From assembly GCA_044866005.1 (NCBI GenBank), contig JBIOTN010000240.1:1-18641 (forward strand): DNA of 18,641 bases. The letters run 5' to 3'. Of the stretch, positions 16,554 to 18,641 are shown piece after piece (position 1 is the first letter of the stretch; each line of letters starts with the position of its first letter). The stretch is from Candidatus Rokuibacteriota bacterium. Lineage in GTDB: Bacteria > Methylomirabilota > Methylomirabilia > Rokubacteriales > DASRDR01. Both the position numbers and the translations under genes were made by a program. Below the pieces are notes generated by a model, which was given only the letters and a program-made list of their open reading frames with translations, was not told where the DNA came from and made no database searches.

Positions 16554-17093
16554 CTATTTGGCGCCAGCCTTGCCGACCTTCTTCCGCACCACCTCGTCCA
16601 CGTACCGGACGCCCTTGCCCTTGTACGGGTCGGGGCGACGGAGCGAGCGGATCTGCGCGGCCGTCTGGCCGACCAGATGCTTGTCCACGCCGCGCAGGGT
16701 GATGGAGGTTTGCTTGTCCACCTCGGCCTGCACGCCCTCCGGCAGCGGGAAGACGATCGGGTGCGAGTAGCCGAGGTTGAACGTGAGGCTCCGCCCGGCC
16801 AGCTGTGCCCGATACCCGATGCCGACGATCTCGAGCTTCTTCTCGAACCCTTCGGTCACGCCGCGCACCATGTTCGCCACGAGGGCGCGCGTCAGCCCGT
16901 GGAGCGCCTTCGCGGTCCGGTGATCCGCCCCCCGGCTGACCACGATCTTGCCGTCCGTCACCTGCACGGAGCAGAGCTCGTGGACGGTGAGCCCGAGCTT
17001 TCCCTTCGGCCCCTGCACCTCGACCCGCCCGCCGTTCACCGCGACCTGGACGCCCTTGGGAATCGCGATCGGCTTCTTGCCTATCCTGGACAT
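16554..17093 (-). CDS. rplF: 50S ribosomal protein L6
   Basis: MSRIGKKPI, GPKG, LGYSHP, PDPYKGKG. Confidence 0.98.
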   Translation of the reverse strand: MSRIGKKPIAIPKGVQVAVNGGRVEVQGPKGKLGLTVHELCSVQVTDGKIVVSRGADHRTAKALHGLTRALVANMVRGVTEGFEKKLEIVGIGYRAQLAGRSLTFNLGYSHPIVFPLPEGVQAEVDKQTSITLRGVDKHLVGQTAAQIRSLRRPDPYKGKGVRYVDEVVRKKVGKAGAK

Positions 17094-17115
17094 CGCCTTC
17101 GTCTCCCGGGCGGCC

Positions 17116-17517
17116 CTACCACACGTAGCAGAGAACTTCGCCGCCCACGCGGAGCCGCCTCGACTCGCGGTCGGTCATCACGCCGCGCGGCGTCGACAGG
17201 ATCGCCACGCCCATGCCGCCGAGCACGGTCGGGATCTTGTCCGCGCCGACGTAGAGGCGCCGGCCCGGCTTCGAGACGCGGCGCAGGCCGGTGATGACCC
17301 GCTCCTGCCCCGGCCCGTACTTGAGGTAGATCCTCAAGATGCCTTGCTTCTGGTCCTCGATCACGCGGAAGTTCTTGATGAAGCCCTCCTCCTTCAAGAG
17401 CTCCGCGATGCGGACCTTGAGCTTCGACGCCGGGACGTCGACCTTTTCGTGCTCCGCCAGGCTGCAGTTGCGGATCCGCGTCAGCAGGTCCGCGACCGGA
17501 TCTGTCACCGTCGCCAT
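17116..17517 (-). CDS. rpsH: 30S ribosomal protein S8
   Basis: [49 protein letters not shown]. Confidence 0.98.
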   Translation of the reverse strand: MATVTDPVADLLTRIRNCSLAEHEKVDVPASKLKVRIAELLKEEGFIKNFRVIEDQKQGILRIYLKYGPGQERVITGLRRVSKPGRRLYVGADKIPTVLGGMGVAILSTPRGVMTDRESRRLRVGGEVLCYVW

Positions 17518-17545
17518 CCGTCTCTCCCTGCCACGTTCCGACGGG

Positions 17546-17731
17546 TCACCACGAGGCCTTGACGACGCCGGGGATTTCGCCCCGCAGCGCCAGGTTACGG
17601 AAGCAGATCCGGCACAGCCGGAACTTTCGGACGTAGCCGCGCGGCCGCCCGCAGAGCCGGCAGCGGGAGTACGCGCGCACCTTGAACTTCGGGGGGCGCT
17701 GCTGCTTGAGGATCAGTGACGTCTTGGCCAT
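17546..17731 (-). CDS. rpsN: 30S ribosomal protein S14, short zinc-binding type (type Z)
   Basis: 61 aa; [10 protein letters not shown] and LCRICFR CxxC pairs; [11 protein letters not shown]. Confidence 0.97.
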   Translation of the reverse strand: MAKTSLILKQQRPPKFKVRAYSRCRLCGRPRGYVRKFRLCRICFRNLALRGEIPGVVKASW

Positions 17732-17747
17732 GTCTCGCCGTGTCCCC

Positions 17748-18476
17748 TCACTCCCGGAACGGGACGCCGAGGTGGGCGAGGAGCGCCTTCGCCTCCTCGT
17801 CCGTCCGCGCGGTGGTGCAGATGATCACGTCCATGCCGCGGATCTTGTCGATCTTGTCGTAGACGACCTCGGGAAAGATCACCTGCTCCTTGAGCCCGAG
17901 GGCATAGTTGCCCCGACCATCGAAGGACTTGGGGGAGACCCCTTTGAAGTCCCGGACCCGCGGGAGCGCCACGTTGACCAGCCGGTCGACGAACTCGTAC
18001 ATCCGCGCCCCGCGGAGCGTCACCTTGAGCCCGATCGGCATGCCGGCCCGGATCTTGAAGTTCGCGATCGACTTCTTCGCCTTCGTCACGACGGGCTTCT
18101 GGCCCGTGATGGCCTTGAGGTCGGCCACCGCGAAGTCGAGCGCCTTCGCGTTGTCCCGGGCCTCGCCGACCCCCATGTTGACGACGACCTTGTCCAGACG
18201 CGGCGCCTCGTTCGGGTTCCCGTAGCCCCGCTCCTTGACGAGCGCGGGGATCACGACGGCGCGGTAGCGCTCGCGGAGCCGCGGCGGGATCGCTCCCGTG
18301 CCGCGCGGCCGCGCGGGCGGAGCCTTCTCCTTTTCCTTTTCCTTCGGCTCGGCCTTGCCGGCGGCCTGGGCCCGCCCGGCGGCGGGGCGCTTGCCGCCGC
18401 CCGGGCCGCCCTTGGCGCCCGGCGCGGGCTTGGCCGGCGGCGCCTGAGGCTTGTCTGGCTTCTCCGCTTTCGCCAT
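17748..18476 (-). CDS. rplE: 50S ribosomal protein L5 with a ~63-aa N-terminal extension
   Basis: [53 protein letters not shown]. Confidence 0.97.
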   Translation of the reverse strand: MAKAEKPDKPQAPPAKPAPGAKGGPGGGKRPAAGRAQAAGKAEPKEKEKEKAPPARPRGTGAIPPRLRERYRAVVIPALVKERGYGNPNEAPRLDKVVVNMGVGEARDNAKALDFAVADLKAITGQKPVVTKAKKSIANFKIRAGMPIGLKVTLRGARMYEFVDRLVNVALPRVRDFKGVSPKSFDGRGNYALGLKEQVIFPEVVYDKIDKIRGMDVIICTTARTDEEAKALLAHLGVPFRE

Positions 18477-18479
18477 GAC

Positions 18480-18521
18480 CTACGCCTTTTCCTCGGGGCC
18501 GGGCCGCGACCCGAGCAGATC
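18480..18521 (-). other. Probable last 13 codons of rplX (L24), cut off at a GATC junction
   Basis: TAG lies 3 nt before the rplE ATG. The preceding GC-rich codons read DLLGSRPGPEEKA, at the position where rplX normally ends. Identity rests on synteny only. Confidence 0.4.
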
Positions 18522-18529
18522 AAGATGGA

Positions 18530-18641
18530 ATGAAGCGGCTGACCTCCCCCGCGACGTGGTGGCATACACTGCCAAAAAAGCTTGAAACTATCGAAGGTTC
18601 GTCTTCTATTCAAGATGCGGCAAAGAGAATGAGAGATACTA
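18530..18641 (+). CDS. Partial open frame of foreign composition resembling the start of a CBS domain
   Basis: Frame MKRLTSPATWWHTLPKKLETIEGSSSIQDAAKRMRDT is open to the edge. KLETIEGSSSIQDAAKRMRD resembles the first strand and helix of a CBS repeat. 18574-18641 is about 37% GC by hand count. The start codon is uncertain. Confidence 0.4.
   Translation, partial: MKRLTSPATWWHTLPKKLETIEGSSSIQDAAKRMRDT

Noticed and set aside
10122..17731. Zinc-binding forms of S4, L36, S14 and the Adk LID
   Set aside because: Real but ordinary for operon-encoded copies in many bacteria.
18560..18579. TGGCA-TACAC-TGCCA hairpin followed by an A-run
   Set aside because: The stem is only 5 bp and the A-run is on the wrong side for a terminator on either strand.
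1..18641. CRISPR arrays, tRNA/rRNA genes, transposases, integrases or defence genes
   Set aside because: No regularly spaced repeats, cloverleaf patterns or such ORFs were seen. Almost all of the window is explained by housekeeping genes.

Overview
A very GC-rich bacterial window (about 70% GC by eye; lineage not determined) made mostly of housekeeping genes. On the + strand: a branched-chain amino acid-type ABC transporter (livH/livM/livG/livF-like, no binding protein in the cluster), then trxA, thiL, two tandem CNNM/CorC-HlyC (hemolysin-family) CBS proteins and a dienelactone hydrolase. On the - strand: the spc/alpha ribosomal superoperon, rplE-rpsN-rpsH-rplF-rplR-rpsE-rpmD-rplO-secY-adk-map-infA-rpmJ-rpsM-rpsK-rpsD-rpoA-rplQ. 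Several things are unusual. (1) rpoA encodes only 255 aa: an alpha N-terminal domain plus a 32-aa tail, with no alpha-CTD and no room for one, and it has also lost the conserved HEF/HEY segment. (2) A ~180-bp branched fold-back element with repeated G.A mismatches sits between rpsK and rpsD. (3) A sigma54 promoter with a palindromic enhancer-like site precedes an apparently frameshifted secreted-protein gene at the left edge. (4) L5 and the hydrolase carry long Lys/Ala/Pro/Gly N-terminal extensions sharing AAGKAEP. (5) The sequence switches at a GATC site at the right edge, where rplX should continue, into unrelated DNA that becomes AT-rich and looks CBS-domain-like (possible chimera). All calls come from reading the sequence; no searches were run.
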